DNA of 64,000 nucleotides from Verrucomicrobiaceae bacterium (GCA_051252135.1 JBPOGH010000016.1:1-64000); one strand, 5' to 3'. Positions 37,915 to 48,560 are shown, counted from the stretch's first letter. Notes: a model not told the origin generated them from the sequence alone. Translations and numbers: made by a program.

Positions 37915-38021
37915 TTGGCCATTAGCTTTTAGCAATGAGCTCTTAGCCCCCGACCACTGCTGGCCTTCGGCAACTCGCGCCAGCGTGAGCTAAGAGCCAA
38001 AAGCTAATCGCTAACAGCCAA
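37915..38021. repeat. inverted array of heptamer repeats (TTAGCNN / NNGCTAA)
   Basis: ttggcca ttagctt ttagcaa tgagctc ttagc ... gctaa gagccaa aagctaa tcgctaa cagccaa. Confidence 0.75.
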
Positions 38022-38041
38022 ACTCCGCACACCAAACAACA

Positions 38042-38938
38042 ATGAGCTACCTCGAAATCGACCACGTCGACGTCTCCTTCGGCCCACCCTCAAACCGAAC
38101 CCACGTCCTCTCCGACATCAATCTCTCCGTCGAGGAAAATGAGTTCGTCGCCGTCATCGGATTCTCCGGAGCCGGAAAATCCACCCTCATGTCACTCCTC
38201 GCCGGACTCCAGGAACCCTCCAAAGGCGAGGTCCGCATGGCTGGCAAACCCATCAAGGGCCCGGGACCGGACCTCGGCATGATGTTTCAAAACTACTCCC
38301 TCCTCCCCTGGCTCACCGTCAACGACAACGTCGCCCTCGCCGTCAAAACCGTTTTCCCCAAGCTCTCCAGAGCCGAAGTCCGCGAAAAAGTCGAACACTA
38401 CGTTCAAATGGTAAAACTCGGACACGCCGGCGAAAAACACCCGCACGAGCTCTCCGGCGGCATGCGCCAGCGCGCCTCCCTCGCCCGCACCCTCTCCCTC
38501 GACCCCAAGGTCCTCCTCCTCGACGAACCCCTCTCCGCTCTCGACGCCCTCACCCGCTCGGAACTCCAGGACCAAATCCTAAACATCTGGGAAACCGACA
38601 AACGCACCGTCGTCATGATTACCAATGATGTCGATGAAGCCGTCCTCATGGCCGACCGCATCGCCCCCCTTACCATGGGCCCTTCCGCCACCCTCGCCGA
38701 GGAATACCCCGTCACCATGGAACGTCCCCGCGACCGCCACACCCTCAACGATCACCCCGAGTTCATGCGCCTGAAGTCAGAGATCACCTCCTTCATGATG
38801 GGACTCAACAGGGACTCAAAAAGAAAATCAAAAAGCACCCTCATCCCCATGCCCGCAATCCGGCCAAAGGACTTCGCCCTCCCCGTCGCCTCTCCCCGTT
38901 TGAAAAACAAACAATCCCAACCCGGCTCCGCAGCTTAG
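38042..38938 (+). CDS. nitrate ABC transporter ATP-binding protein (NrtC/D-like)
   Basis: [25 protein letters not shown] and LLLDEP. The H-loop reads MITND (His replaced by Asn). Confidence 0.92.
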   Translation: MSYLEIDHVDVSFGPPSNRTHVLSDINLSVEENEFVAVIGFSGAGKSTLMSLLAGLQEPSKGEVRMAGKPIKGPGPDLGMMFQNYSLLPWLTVNDNVALAVKTVFPKLSRAEVREKVEHYVQMVKLGHAGEKHPHELSGGMRQRASLARTLSLDPKVLLLDEPLSALDALTRSELQDQILNIWETDKRTVVMITNDVDEAVLMADRIAPLTMGPSATLAEEYPVTMERPRDRHTLNDHPEFMRLKSEITSFMMGLNRDSKRKSKSTLIPMPAIRPKDFALPVASPRLKNKQSQPGSAA

Positions 38939-38980
38939 CCCCTTTCAGGCCCCATCGGGGCGATACAACTCTGCACCATC

Positions 38981-39889
38981 ATGTCCCTCTCCTCTCTCCC
39001 TTCCCCCAAGCTCAAACGCTCCGTCGAGATCTCCAATCTCGTCAAGGAATACCCCAACCCCTACGGCGACAACTTTCGCGTCATCGAAAACTTCAACCTC
39101 AACATCGCTGAAGGGGAGTTCATCTCCCTCATCGGTCACTCCGGTTGCGGAAAATCCACCGTCCTCACCATGCTCGCCGGCCTCAACGAAATCTCCGGCG
39201 GCGGCATCATCGTCGAAAACAAGGAAATCGATGGACCCGGCCCCGATCGCGCCGTCGTCTTCCAGGCCCCCTGCCTCATGCCCTGGCTCAACGCCTTCCA
39301 GAATGTCATGCTCGGCGTCAAAAACGTCTACCCCCATGCCACCAAGGCCGAACGCAAACAAATCGTCGAGCACTCGCTCTCCGTCGTCGGACTCGCCGAC
39401 GCCATGAAAAAATACCCCCGCGAGCTCTCCGGCGGCATGCAGCAGCGCGTCGGCATCGCCCGCGCCATCGCCCTCCAACCCAAAGTCCTTCTCCTCGACG
39501 AACCTTTCGGCCGCCTCGACTCCCTCACCCGCATGGAACTCCAGGATGTCATCATCGATATCCTTGCCCGCGAAAAAATGACCGCCCTCATCGTCACGCA
39601 CGATGTCGACGAAGCCATCTTCATGGCCGACCGCTGCGTCATGATGTCCAACGGACCCAAAGCCGGAGTCGGGGAAATCCTTGAAATCAATTTCCCCCGC
39701 CCCCGCAACCGCGAAGCCATCTTCAACGATCCCTCCTTCTTCGCCTACCGCGAACACCTCATCGCCTTCCTCGAACAACGCGCCCACATCAAGGGAGAAA
39801 CCCGCATTTACAAGGACGGAGAGACCCTTGGCTTCTCCCAAAAGTCAGAAATCACCGCCCTCGAGGAAAAATCCTCCATCGTTGCATGA
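38981..39889 (+). CDS. nrtD: nitrate ABC transporter ATP-binding protein (NrtD-like)
   Basis: [33 protein letters not shown] and VTHDVDEA. Confidence 0.9.
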   Translation: MSLSSLPSPKLKRSVEISNLVKEYPNPYGDNFRVIENFNLNIAEGEFISLIGHSGCGKSTVLTMLAGLNEISGGGIIVENKEIDGPGPDRAVVFQAPCLMPWLNAFQNVMLGVKNVYPHATKAERKQIVEHSLSVVGLADAMKKYPRELSGGMQQRVGIARAIALQPKVLLLDEPFGRLDSLTRMELQDVIIDILAREKMTALIVTHDVDEAIFMADRCVMMSNGPKAGVGEILEINFPRPRNREAIFNDPSFFAYREHLIAFLEQRAHIKGETRIYKDGETLGFSQKSEITALEEKSSIVA

Positions 39890-39954
39890 ATCAATCTCAT
39901 TGATTCTTCGACTCAAACACCCTCCAATCGCCTTCCGCTGGCACATTTTAAGCT
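39886..39954 (+). promoter_or_regulatory. palindrome plus sigma54-like promoter for the porin
   Basis: ATGAATCAATCTCAT (39886-39900); TGGCACATTTTAAGCT (GG 39940, GC 39952). Confidence 0.7.
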
Positions 39955-39966
39955 TACTTTTATCCG

Positions 39967-41220
39967 ATGCATAAATTCACACTCACCACCGCAGTTCTTT
40001 GCTCGCTCGCCGCCCCATCTTGGGCCGGAGAACCCGTCGTCGACATCCCCGTCACCAACTCGCCGGACTTCCACTCCAAAATCAAAATCTCCGGCGACAT
40101 CCGCACCCGCTACGAGTTCCGCGAGACCGACCCCGCCGACCCCTCGCACGCCCTCACCGCCAGAGCACGCCTCGGCCTCCTCCTCGGTGACTTCAACGGC
40201 TTCTCCGCCTATGTCGAGGGTGAAGGCACCCACGCCTTCGTCGAGGACTTCGCCAGCAACCCCGCCATCCCCTTCGCCACCACCCCCTACGTGCCCGGCA
40301 ACTCGGTCATCGGTGACCCCAATAACCACGAGATCAACCAGGCCTACCTCAAGTATGACAAGGACGGCTTCCTCTTCCAGGCCGGCCGCCAACGCATCAT
40401 TCGCAATGACGCCGCCTTCATCGGTAACGTCGGCTGGAGACAAAACGAACAAACCTTCGACGCCCTCCAGATCGGACACAAGACCGATGCCTACTCTGTC
40501 AGCTACGTCTACTCCAACCGCGCCCAACGCATCTTCGGCACCGAGCCCGCCTCCATCACCCCCCTCCATGATTTCGAGGGAGACTTCCACTTCCTCGATG
40601 GGGAAATGACCACCAGCTTCGGCTCACTCGGCGGCTACGCCTATCTCATCGATGTCGACACCGCCGGTCCCGCACCCCTCGCCAACGTCGGCCAAAGCAA
40701 CACCTTCGGCGCCTACGCCAAAAATGGCGGCCTCTACGGAGAACTCGCTTATCAGGAAGGCACCAGCGCCCTTCAGGGGGGCGACTACGACGCCCTCTAC
40801 GGCCACGTAAAATACACCACCAAAATGGCCGGAGCCACCGTCATGGGCGGCATCGAATACCTCGGTGAAGGATTCAAAACCCCCTTCGCCACCGTCCACG
40901 CTTACAACGGCTTTGCCGACGCCTTCATCCTCCAGCGCATCGGCCTCAACGGCGGCCCCGGCGGAAACTACAATGGCATCACCGACTTCTACCTCGGATA
41001 CGTTCGCGGCGGCCTCCCCGGCGGCCTCACCTTCAAGGGCTTCCTCCACTACTTCATGGATGGAGATATGAGCAATGTCTATGGCTACGAGGCCGACGCC
41101 GTCCTCGCCAAGAAATTCAACGACGACCTCACCGGCATCGTCAAAGCCGCCTACTTCGCTGGCGAGGATTTCTACCAGGACATCAAGCAAGTCTCCGTGC
41201 AACTCGACTACAAGTTCTAG
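39967..41220 (+). CDS. outer-membrane beta-barrel (alginate export/AlgE-like porin)
   Basis: Signal peptide, RTRYE, EINQAYL, GRQRI, FIGNVGWRQNEQTFD and C-terminal YKF. Confidence 0.85.
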   Translation: MHKFTLTTAVLCSLAAPSWAGEPVVDIPVTNSPDFHSKIKISGDIRTRYEFRETDPADPSHALTARARLGLLLGDFNGFSAYVEGEGTHAFVEDFASNPAIPFATTPYVPGNSVIGDPNNHEINQAYLKYDKDGFLFQAGRQRIIRNDAAFIGNVGWRQNEQTFDALQIGHKTDAYSVSYVYSNRAQRIFGTEPASITPLHDFEGDFHFLDGEMTTSFGSLGGYAYLIDVDTAGPAPLANVGQSNTFGAYAKNGGLYGELAYQEGTSALQGGDYDALYGHVKYTTKMAGATVMGGIEYLGEGFKTPFATVHAYNGFADAFILQRIGLNGGPGGNYNGITDFYLGYVRGGLPGGLTFKGFLHYFMDGDMSNVYGYEADAVLAKKFNDDLTGIVKAAYFAGEDFYQDIKQVSVQLDYKF

Positions 41221-41237
41221 CACCTGTCCATTCACTT

Positions 41238-41278
41238 CAAAAAACGGTCGTCGGAGAAATCCCGCGACCGTTTTTTTG
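41238..41278. terminator. bidirectional intrinsic terminator
   Basis: CAAAAAACGGTCG...CGACCGTTTTTTTG between convergent genes. Confidence 0.85.
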
Positions 41279-41433
41279 CACCCATTCCGGTCCTGGAACC
41301 ATCCTCTCTCTCATCAGGAGCGATCTTGTCGGGCAGCAACCCACCATCAACCACTTGCGGGAAGCCTACCTTACGTTGGTAGCTTTCGCATCATGAACGC
41401 ATTGGCTCAGACAATCTAAGTTGTCCACTCGCC

Positions 41434-42249
41434 CTATCGTTTGCGACGCAGAACACCTGCTGCCAGACAAAGAGCCAACAAACTGAAGGAGGAAGGCTCC
41501 GGAACCACCTGCGATGCCGCAACTGCAAGATTCGAATTTAAACTTGGAGTGTTCTCAAAGGTAATAAGTTCCACGGGGCTATCGACACCGTAAGCGGCGG
41601 CGTAGACCCATTCGTCACCACCGTTGTCCCCATCAGAGAGCGTGGCTTGGAGAAAAATGAAATCTTCCGAAGTAGCTCCGCTGGGAAAGGCCGAGAATGG
41701 AATCGAAAGGGCCGCGTCAGCACCATTGCCAAGGGGCTTGGAGGTGGAAGTATACCCGGCGGGGTTGGTGGAATCGTTGATATGGACCTGATCGCTCGCA
41801 TCGAGAGTCCAGATCCCGAGTCTCTGGGTGACGTCATCGATGGCATCGTCGTGTTGAGCCTTGGTTAGATAGAAAAGTGTAATCTCAGTGATGATGTTTC
41901 TCTCACGGTTGGGACTACCTCCATTATTACTTACTTCTTGCGCATCAAAGAAGAACTGAAACCCGGCAGTCCCTCCAACGGTTGAAATCGGGATGGAAGC
42001 CAAAGCCTGGGCGTCACTAATAGCTTGCTCGTTTCCTTGATTCAAAAAGTTCGAACTGAAGGAACTGGGAAGACTCGGATCTGTTGCCGTAAATCCCTTA
42101 ATAAAAGCCCCGTCGTTCAAATTGACCACAGGGGTCCCTCCATCAACGAAAAGGATAGCGCCATGACCTTGCTGACCGGCCATGAGAAATAGCAAGCAAC
42201 TGGGGAGAACGGAGAATTGCTTGAGTGGGATTGAGGGGAATTGGCGCAT
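41434..42249 (-). CDS. PEP-CTERM sorting domain protein
   Basis: C-terminal VPEPSS plus TM helix and RRKR; lower GC than its neighbours. Confidence 0.85.
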   Translation of the reverse strand: MRQFPSIPLKQFSVLPSCLLFLMAGQQGHGAILFVDGGTPVVNLNDGAFIKGFTATDPSLPSSFSSNFLNQGNEQAISDAQALASIPISTVGGTAGFQFFFDAQEVSNNGGSPNRERNIITEITLFYLTKAQHDDAIDDVTQRLGIWTLDASDQVHINDSTNPAGYTSTSKPLGNGADAALSIPFSAFPSGATSEDFIFLQATLSDGDNGGDEWVYAAAYGVDSPVELITFENTPSLNSNLAVAASQVVPEPSSFSLLALCLAAGVLRRKR

Positions 42250-42262
42250 AACTTCGAACAAA

Positions 42263-42290
42263 ATTTTACGTTATTGTTAAGATGTGTCAA
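42263..42290 (-). promoter_or_regulatory. sigma70-like promoter of the PEP-CTERM gene
   Basis: TTGACA-16 nt-TAAAAT on the minus strand, just upstream of ATG 42249. Confidence 0.6.
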
Positions 42291-42623
42291 TAATGAAGAT
42301 TTGATGATTGTATATTTTTGATCAGTTTACTGACATTTCGTCAAATTGCCGAAGATTGCTTTTTGAAAAAACGCTGATTATCAACAACCTGAGACTCACC
42401 GGCCAATTGCTCCGTCTCATGAAAACTCCCCGAAGAAACCACCGGAACGCAACCGTCTCGAAGATCGCGCTCACTTACTGAGTCGATTCTCCGCTGCAAG
42501 ATATCCCCCCACCCCCGGCCTTTTTCACCTCCCTCCGACTCGCCTTCGTGTCCGCCGGATGGCGGTCTCCTGCTCATTAGGAGACATCATCATTTTCATT
42601 ATGATCCTCGCTAAACAGCGATC

Positions 42624-42682
42624 ATGAATTTGATTCATTCCTTGCTTCAGTTGCCTGACGAATGAGTGGCATGAATCCGGCT
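42624..42682 (+). promoter_or_regulatory. palindrome plus sigma54-like promoter for nirA
   Basis: ATGAATTTGATTCAT (42624-42638); TGGCATGAATCCGGCT (GG 42668, GC 42680). Confidence 0.7.
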
Positions 42683-42695
42683 AGATCAAGGAGTC

Positions 42696-44429
42696 ATGAT
42701 TTCTCCTGCCTCTCCCTTCACTGAAGAACAAACCGGCTACCTCAACGGCTTCATGGCCGGCATCCGCCAATCTCTCCCCTTCATGGGACAAAATGCCAGC
42801 GGACAATTCACCAATAATCCTGAAGAAGCCGTCGAGGAAAACGTCTGGGGCACCCCCGTCGAGGACCTCTGCCGTGAGGAACTCGTCAAGCACGAGCAAA
42901 ACGGACTCGATTGCTACGACACCATTCTCGACAAGGCCGCCAAAGGCGAATTCGCATCCGATGGCGATATCTTCCGCTTCAAGTTCCACGGCCTCTTCTA
43001 CGTCACCCCCGCCCAGGAAGCCTACATGCTCCGCGCCCGCATCCCCGGCTGCGCCCTCTCCGCCCGCCAGCTCCACGGCATGGCCGAAATCTCGGAAGAC
43101 TGGGGCGGCGGCTACCTCGATGTCACCACCCGCGGCAATCTCCAGATTCGCGAAATCCTGCCCGCAAATTCCGTCAACGTCCTCAATAAGATCATCGACA
43201 TCGGACTCACTTCCAAAGGATCCGGAGCCGATAACGTCCGCAACATCACCGCCACCCCCACCACCGGTTTCGATAAAGACGAGCTCATCGATGTCATGCC
43301 CTACGCCAAGGCCATGCATCACGCCATTCTCAACAACCGCGACCTCTACGGCATGCCGCGGAAATTCAATATCTCCTACGACTCAGGTGGCGCCATCTCC
43401 GTCTGCGCCGATACCAACGACATCGCCTTCTACGCCGTCACCCTCAAGGAAGACACCCAGGACCTCAAAGCCGGAGTCTACTTCCGCGTCCAACTCTGCG
43501 GCATCACCGGACACAAGCAGTTCGCCTCCGATTCCGGCCTCCTCGTCACCCCAAGCGAGTCCACCGCCCTCGCCTCCGCTATGCTCCGCGTCTTCATCGA
43601 AAATGGCGACCGCACCAACCGCAAAAAAGCCCGCCTCAAATATCTCATCGACGACTGGGGCACCCCCAAGTTCCTCGACGAAGTCCAAAAGAAACTCGCC
43701 TTTCCCCTCCGCTTCGTCGCCGCAGACCTCTGCGAAAAACCACGACCCAAGGTCAAGCACGGCCACGTCGGCACCTACAAGCAAGCCGATGGAAACAACT
43801 ACCTCGGCATCGTCATCCCCGTCGGTCGCATGACCTGTGACACCGCTCACACCATCGCCGACATCGCCGAAGAATTCGGCACCGGAGACATCCGCCTCAC
43901 CGCCTGGCAAAACCTCCTCATCCCCCACATCCCCGACGAAAAACTCGCCGACGCCCAAGCCGCCATCAAAGCCGCCGGCCTCGCCTACGCCTCCACCACC
44001 ATCTCCGGAGGACTCGTCGCCTGCACCGGAAACACCGGCTGCAAGTTCGCCGCCGCCAACACCAAGGGACAAGCCGTCATCCTCGGCAACTACCTCGAAA
44101 CCCGCGTCGAACTCGACCAACCCATCAACATCCACCTCACCGGCTGCCACCACTCCTGCGCCCAACACTACATCGGCGATATCGGCCTCATGGGCACCCC
44201 CGTCAAACTCCCCTCCGGCGAAAAAGTCGAAGGCTACAACATCGTCCTCGGCGGCGGAGTCGATGACACCCAGGCCATCGCCCGCGAGGTCTATAAAAGC
44301 ATCCCCTTCACCGACATCCCCCCCCTCATCGAATCCCTCCTCCAAACCTACCTCGCCAACCGCACCCCCGGCGAAACCTTCGCAAACTACACCCAACGCG
44401 AACGCATCGAGGACCTCGTCCCCGCCTAA
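42696..44429 (+). CDS. nirA: siroheme nitrite reductase (ferredoxin-type NirA)
   Basis: [38 protein letters not shown] and GCHHSC siroheme/[4Fe-4S] motifs. Confidence 0.92.
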   Translation: MISPASPFTEEQTGYLNGFMAGIRQSLPFMGQNASGQFTNNPEEAVEENVWGTPVEDLCREELVKHEQNGLDCYDTILDKAAKGEFASDGDIFRFKFHGLFYVTPAQEAYMLRARIPGCALSARQLHGMAEISEDWGGGYLDVTTRGNLQIREILPANSVNVLNKIIDIGLTSKGSGADNVRNITATPTTGFDKDELIDVMPYAKAMHHAILNNRDLYGMPRKFNISYDSGGAISVCADTNDIAFYAVTLKEDTQDLKAGVYFRVQLCGITGHKQFASDSGLLVTPSESTALASAMLRVFIENGDRTNRKKARLKYLIDDWGTPKFLDEVQKKLAFPLRFVAADLCEKPRPKVKHGHVGTYKQADGNNYLGIVIPVGRMTCDTAHTIADIAEEFGTGDIRLTAWQNLLIPHIPDEKLADAQAAIKAAGLAYASTTISGGLVACTGNTGCKFAAANTKGQAVILGNYLETRVELDQPINIHLTGCHHSCAQHYIGDIGLMGTPVKLPSGEKVEGYNIVLGGGVDDTQAIAREVYKSIPFTDIPPLIESLLQTYLANRTPGETFANYTQRERIEDLVPA

Positions 44430-44480
44430 AGGAGTCGCGGCGCCCCCGCCGCTTATCAACCAAGCCCTCAATCTCCCCCC

Positions 44481-44525
44481 TGGGCCAAAGGCCCATCTCA
44501 TACCAGCCTAGGGCAACGCCCTAGG
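44481..44525. repeat. REP-like double-hairpin element
   Basis: TGGGCCAAAGGCCCA...CCTAGGGCAACGCCCTAGG in the nirA-dmsBC spacer. Confidence 0.55.
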
Positions 44526-44640
44526 TTCTCCACCGCCCAAGAAAATAGGCCAAGCCCGGCACCCCGTCACCCCCTTCCACCTACCCGCAGGCCTCCCCAA
44601 CAACCCCGCCTCCCCATCCAGGATTTCGAATTTCCCACCC

Positions 44641-46155
44641 ATGGTCTCACCCTCACCAGATCCCTTTCCCGACACCAACCTCGTCGACAAACTCCTGAGG
44701 GAACAATCCACCCTCCAAACCCCCGTCGCCAAATTCTCCCAAGAATTCGACTCCCCCGCCCCCCGCACCGACCTCTTCAAACACCTCATCCCCCTCGAAA
44801 AACCCCGCGAGGGCGAACAATACGCCTTCCAGGTCGAACTCGATAAATGCACCGGCTGCAAAGCCTGCGTCGTCGCCTGCCACACCCTCAATGGACTCGA
44901 CGAAGACGAAGCCTGGCGCGACGTCGGCCTCCTCGAATCCGGAAACGGCTTCCAACAAACCGTCACCACCGCCTGCCACCACTGCCTCGACCCCGAATGC
45001 CTCAACGGCTGCCCCGTCGGCGCTTACGAAAAAGAAAAGGACACCGGCATCGTCCGCCACCTCGATGACCAATGCATCGGCTGCGAATACTGCGTCCTCA
45101 AATGCCCCTACGACGTCCCCAAGTATTCTGAAAAACGCGGCATCGTCCGCAAGTGCGACATGTGCCACCAACGCCTCGCCGATGGTGAAGCCCCCGCCTG
45201 CGTCCAGGCCTGCCCCACCGAAGCCATCTCCATCATCAAGATCGACACCGCCGCGCTGCGCCTCGAAAACAACTTCCTCCCCGGCGCACCCACCCCCGCC
45301 ATCACCTCTCCCACCACCCGCTACATCGGCCGCGACGTCCCCCTCAACGCCACCCCCGCCGACCAATCCCAACTCAACCCCCAACCCGCCCACTGGCCCC
45401 TCGCCCTCATGCTCGTCCTCACCCAGATCGGCTTGGGCATTTCGGCATCTTCACTCTTTAACAGCACAGACGCAGTCGAATCTCTCAGTATTGCAGGCTT
45501 CATCATCTTCAACGCCGGCATGATCGCCGCCACCCTCCACCTCGGAAAACCCCTCAAAGCCTGGCGCTTCTTCCTCGGCCTCAAAACCTCCTGGCTCTCC
45601 CGCGAAATCCTCGCCTTCTCCCTCCTCGCCCCCATCCCCGCCCTCCTCGCCGCCGCCCCCTTCCTCCCCGATCTCCCCTTCAAAGACCTCGCCCTCACCG
45701 CCGCCCGCTGGTCCCTCATCCCCGCCTCCCTCGGCGCCATCTTCACCAGCGTCATGATCTACCACGATACCAAACGCACCTCCTGGCACCTCGCCAAATC
45801 CCTCCCCGCCTTCTTCCTCACCTTCACCGCCACCGCCACCCTCTTCCTCAACCCCCTCCTCTTCACCCTCTCGGTAATTCTTCTCCTCGCCCTCGATCTC
45901 AAACTCCTCCTCCCCGCCCGGAGCGCCGACTGGTCCCCCGCCCAACACTCCGCAAAAATCCGCCTCGCCCCCCTCCAACGAGTCACCCGCTCCCGCCTCC
46001 TCACCCTCGCCCTCACCATCCCCCTCGCCTTCATCAACCCCTGGCTCACCCTCCCCGTCCTCCTCGCCTCCGAACTCTGCAGTCGCCACCTCTTCTTCCG
46101 CACCGTCCACGCCCCCAAAATGCCCGGCGGCCTGAATGCCTCCGCCTCTCATTAG
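44641..46155 (+). CDS. DmsB-like 4x[4Fe-4S] domain fused to a DmsC/NrfD-type membrane anchor
   Basis: CTGCKACVVAC, CHHC..C...CP, CIGCEYC...CP and CDMC...CVQACP, then HWPL, HLGKP, SWLSRE and many TM helices; no Tat signal. Confidence 0.88.
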   Translation: MVSPSPDPFPDTNLVDKLLREQSTLQTPVAKFSQEFDSPAPRTDLFKHLIPLEKPREGEQYAFQVELDKCTGCKACVVACHTLNGLDEDEAWRDVGLLESGNGFQQTVTTACHHCLDPECLNGCPVGAYEKEKDTGIVRHLDDQCIGCEYCVLKCPYDVPKYSEKRGIVRKCDMCHQRLADGEAPACVQACPTEAISIIKIDTAALRLENNFLPGAPTPAITSPTTRYIGRDVPLNATPADQSQLNPQPAHWPLALMLVLTQIGLGISASSLFNSTDAVESLSIAGFIIFNAGMIAATLHLGKPLKAWRFFLGLKTSWLSREILAFSLLAPIPALLAAAPFLPDLPFKDLALTAARWSLIPASLGAIFTSVMIYHDTKRTSWHLAKSLPAFFLTFTATATLFLNPLLFTLSVILLLALDLKLLLPARSADWSPAQHSAKIRLAPLQRVTRSRLLTLALTIPLAFINPWLTLPVLLASELCSRHLFFRTVHAPKMPGGLNASASH

Positions 46156-46244
46156 GATCGTCAAAAAATTGACCCCATCCCCCGGAGCCCGGACACCCTT
46201 CCGACGGCGAAGCCCTCCCGAAATCACACCATCCCGATTTTTAC

Positions 46245-46287
46245 TTGCAGAATACAAATATCGGAATATAGTTGCAGAATACAACTA
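46245..46287 (+). promoter_or_regulatory. tandem MarR-type operators overlapping a sigma70-like promoter
   Basis: TTGCAGAATACAA at 46245 and 46272 (the second extends to the palindrome TAGTTG-N7-CAACTA); TTGCAG-16-TATAGT. Confidence 0.65.
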
Positions 46288-46776
46288 ATGATCATCGACC
46301 AACAAAGCCACCCCGGATTCGCCATTGGCCGCACCAACTACCTCTTTCGCCTGCGGATCATCGAAGCAATCCGGCGATCCAAATCTCTTCTCAACCCCGA
46401 GGAGGCATGGATTCTCATGGTGCTAAAAGAGGCCGACAGACCACTCCCCGGCGCGGAGTTCAACAAGTTCATGATGCGTGATGCCTCAACCCTGACCCGA
46501 CAATTAAATGGCCTCGCTGACAAAGGCATGATCGAACGCCACCGCGACCCAAATGATGGACGCGCCGTCAACATCCACCTCACTCCGCTCGGAAAATCCG
46601 AGCTCAAGAAGCTTCATCCACAGGCCTCCGCTCTTCGGGCCCAGTCCATCGACGGCATCGATCCCGATGATTACGCCATCATGATCGACTGCCTCATCAA
46701 AATTCAAAACAACCTCGCCTCACCGATCAACCTCGAAGGCCGATCAAACACCACTTCAAACAAAAAACGGGCTTAA
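46288..46776 (+). CDS. MarR-family transcriptional regulator
   Basis: DASTLTRQLNGLADKGMIER..DPNDGRAV..HLTPLG winged helix. Confidence 0.9.
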   Translation: MIIDQQSHPGFAIGRTNYLFRLRIIEAIRRSKSLLNPEEAWILMVLKEADRPLPGAEFNKFMMRDASTLTRQLNGLADKGMIERHRDPNDGRAVNIHLTPLGKSELKKLHPQASALRAQSIDGIDPDDYAIMIDCLIKIQNNLASPINLEGRSNTTSNKKRA

Positions 46777-46805
46777 CAAAAGCCCCCTGACCTCTCATTC
46801 AAGCC

Positions 46806-48560
46806 ATGAAAAATAACACGACCGCACTCCGACTTGTGGGCTTCACCCTGCTCGCGCTCACGTTCACTCCCCTCCTCAATGCCAAGGATTTCCCCTACGG
46901 AAAAAGCCATGACTATCCGGCATTCCAGGCTCTCGATCTCAATAAAGACGCTCAACTGACCCCTGAGGAGATGGATAAGGCCGCCACCTCCTTGCTGGTC
47001 CTCGACCACGACAAAGACGAAATTCTCAGCCCCGTTGAACTAGGGGGTCCGGGCCACTTCTTCGGGTGGCTGCGCCTGCAACACACCATCCGCGTCATGG
47101 ATCGCGATGGCGACACCGCCTTGTCGAAATCCGAATTGGCCAACGCTCCCGCACAACTCAAACGCCTCGCCGCCAAAGGCGACGGAGACGGCATTCTGAG
47201 CAAACACGAAGCTTACGACCCTCGTGAAACCCTCGGAGGCGGCCAAACCAAAGCCGATCCGGAAAAGGGCGTGGGGCCCATGCTCGAATACATCGTCAAC
47301 TACCCGCGCAATTCCAAAGTCATCGCTCCCGGCAGCGATCCACGCGCCTACGAAGGCTACTTCCTCTACACCGAATCCGGCGTCTCGTCCGATGTCCAGG
47401 TCAACACCGGCACCTTCCTCCTCGATCCCAACGGCAAAAAAGTTCACGAGTGGAAAACCAAACGCTACTCCCCCGAAGGCAGCGCCGCCTACCTCCTCGA
47501 CAACGGCAATCTCCTGCGCAACGTCGCCCCCTCCGACTGGCTCGCCATCGAGGACTTCAGCGTCGGCGCTCATGGCATGGTCGAAATCCTCGATTGGGAC
47601 GGCAATGTTCTTTGGGATTACCAGCGTCACAAAAAAGGCCACCACGTTCTCCATCACGACATCGAACCGCTCGCCAACGGCAATATCCTGCTGCTCTCCT
47701 ACGAAGCAAAAACCCCCGAACAGGTCGCCGCATTGGGAGGCAAAAAAGCCACCGGCATCCGCTGGTTCGAAAAGATTCTCGAGATCAAACCCAACCTCGA
47801 AGATGGCAGCACCGAAGTCGTGTGGGAGTGGGACGTGACCGATCACCTCATCCAAAACGATCACCCCGATCTGCCAAACTACGGCGACCCCGCCGCCCAC
47901 CCGGATCGCCTCGATCTCAACTTCATCCGTCCCGGCGAACGGCAATTTCACTTCAACTCGGTCGACTACCATGCCGGTCGCGACCAACTTCTGGTGAGTT
48001 CCATGAACTACAATGAAGTCTACGTCATCGATCGCCAGAGTGGAAAAATCATCTATCGCTGGGGAAATCCGGCAGCCTACGGCATGGGCACCGCCGCCGA
48101 CCGGATCCTCGCCGGACAACACGACGCCCGCTGGATGGACGACGACACCCTGCCGCATACCGGCGACTTCACCGTGCACAACAACCGCGCCGGAAAACTC
48201 CCCGGTGCAACCAAGCCCGGACCCTTCGCCATGGGAGTCACCCATTCAACGATCCTTGAGGTCAAGCTACCGTCCAGCGACGGAGCCACCTATCCACGTG
48301 AAGACGGCAAACCTTTCGTCGGCGAGATCACCTGGCAGTATCAGCCCAACCCCCTCGACTCCTGGTATTGCCCCTTCATGGGCGGCGCCTCGCGTCTCCC
48401 CAATGGCAACACTCTGGTCGTCAACTCGCACAACAAGCGCGTCTTCGAGGTAACCCCCAAAGGGGAAATCGTCGTCAACTTCCACATCCCCGGACCCGGC
48501 CGCATCTTCCGCGTCTACAAAATCCCGCCCACCCATCCGGCCCTGAAACGGAACCTGTAG
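46806..48560 (+). CDS. EF-hand-containing aryl-sulfate sulfotransferase-like secreted protein
   Basis: Signal peptide, four DxD/NxD EF-like loops, HHDIEPL.NGNIL, HFNSVDY, YRWGNP, QHDA and RLPNGNTL. Confidence 0.8.
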   Translation: MKNNTTALRLVGFTLLALTFTPLLNAKDFPYGKSHDYPAFQALDLNKDAQLTPEEMDKAATSLLVLDHDKDEILSPVELGGPGHFFGWLRLQHTIRVMDRDGDTALSKSELANAPAQLKRLAAKGDGDGILSKHEAYDPRETLGGGQTKADPEKGVGPMLEYIVNYPRNSKVIAPGSDPRAYEGYFLYTESGVSSDVQVNTGTFLLDPNGKKVHEWKTKRYSPEGSAAYLLDNGNLLRNVAPSDWLAIEDFSVGAHGMVEILDWDGNVLWDYQRHKKGHHVLHHDIEPLANGNILLLSYEAKTPEQVAALGGKKATGIRWFEKILEIKPNLEDGSTEVVWEWDVTDHLIQNDHPDLPNYGDPAAHPDRLDLNFIRPGERQFHFNSVDYHAGRDQLLVSSMNYNEVYVIDRQSGKIIYRWGNPAAYGMGTAADRILAGQHDARWMDDDTLPHTGDFTVHNNRAGKLPGATKPGPFAMGVTHSTILEVKLPSSDGATYPREDGKPFVGEITWQYQPNPLDSWYCPFMGGASRLPNGNTLVVNSHNKRVFEVTPKGEIVVNFHIPGPGRIFRVYKIPPTHPALKRNL

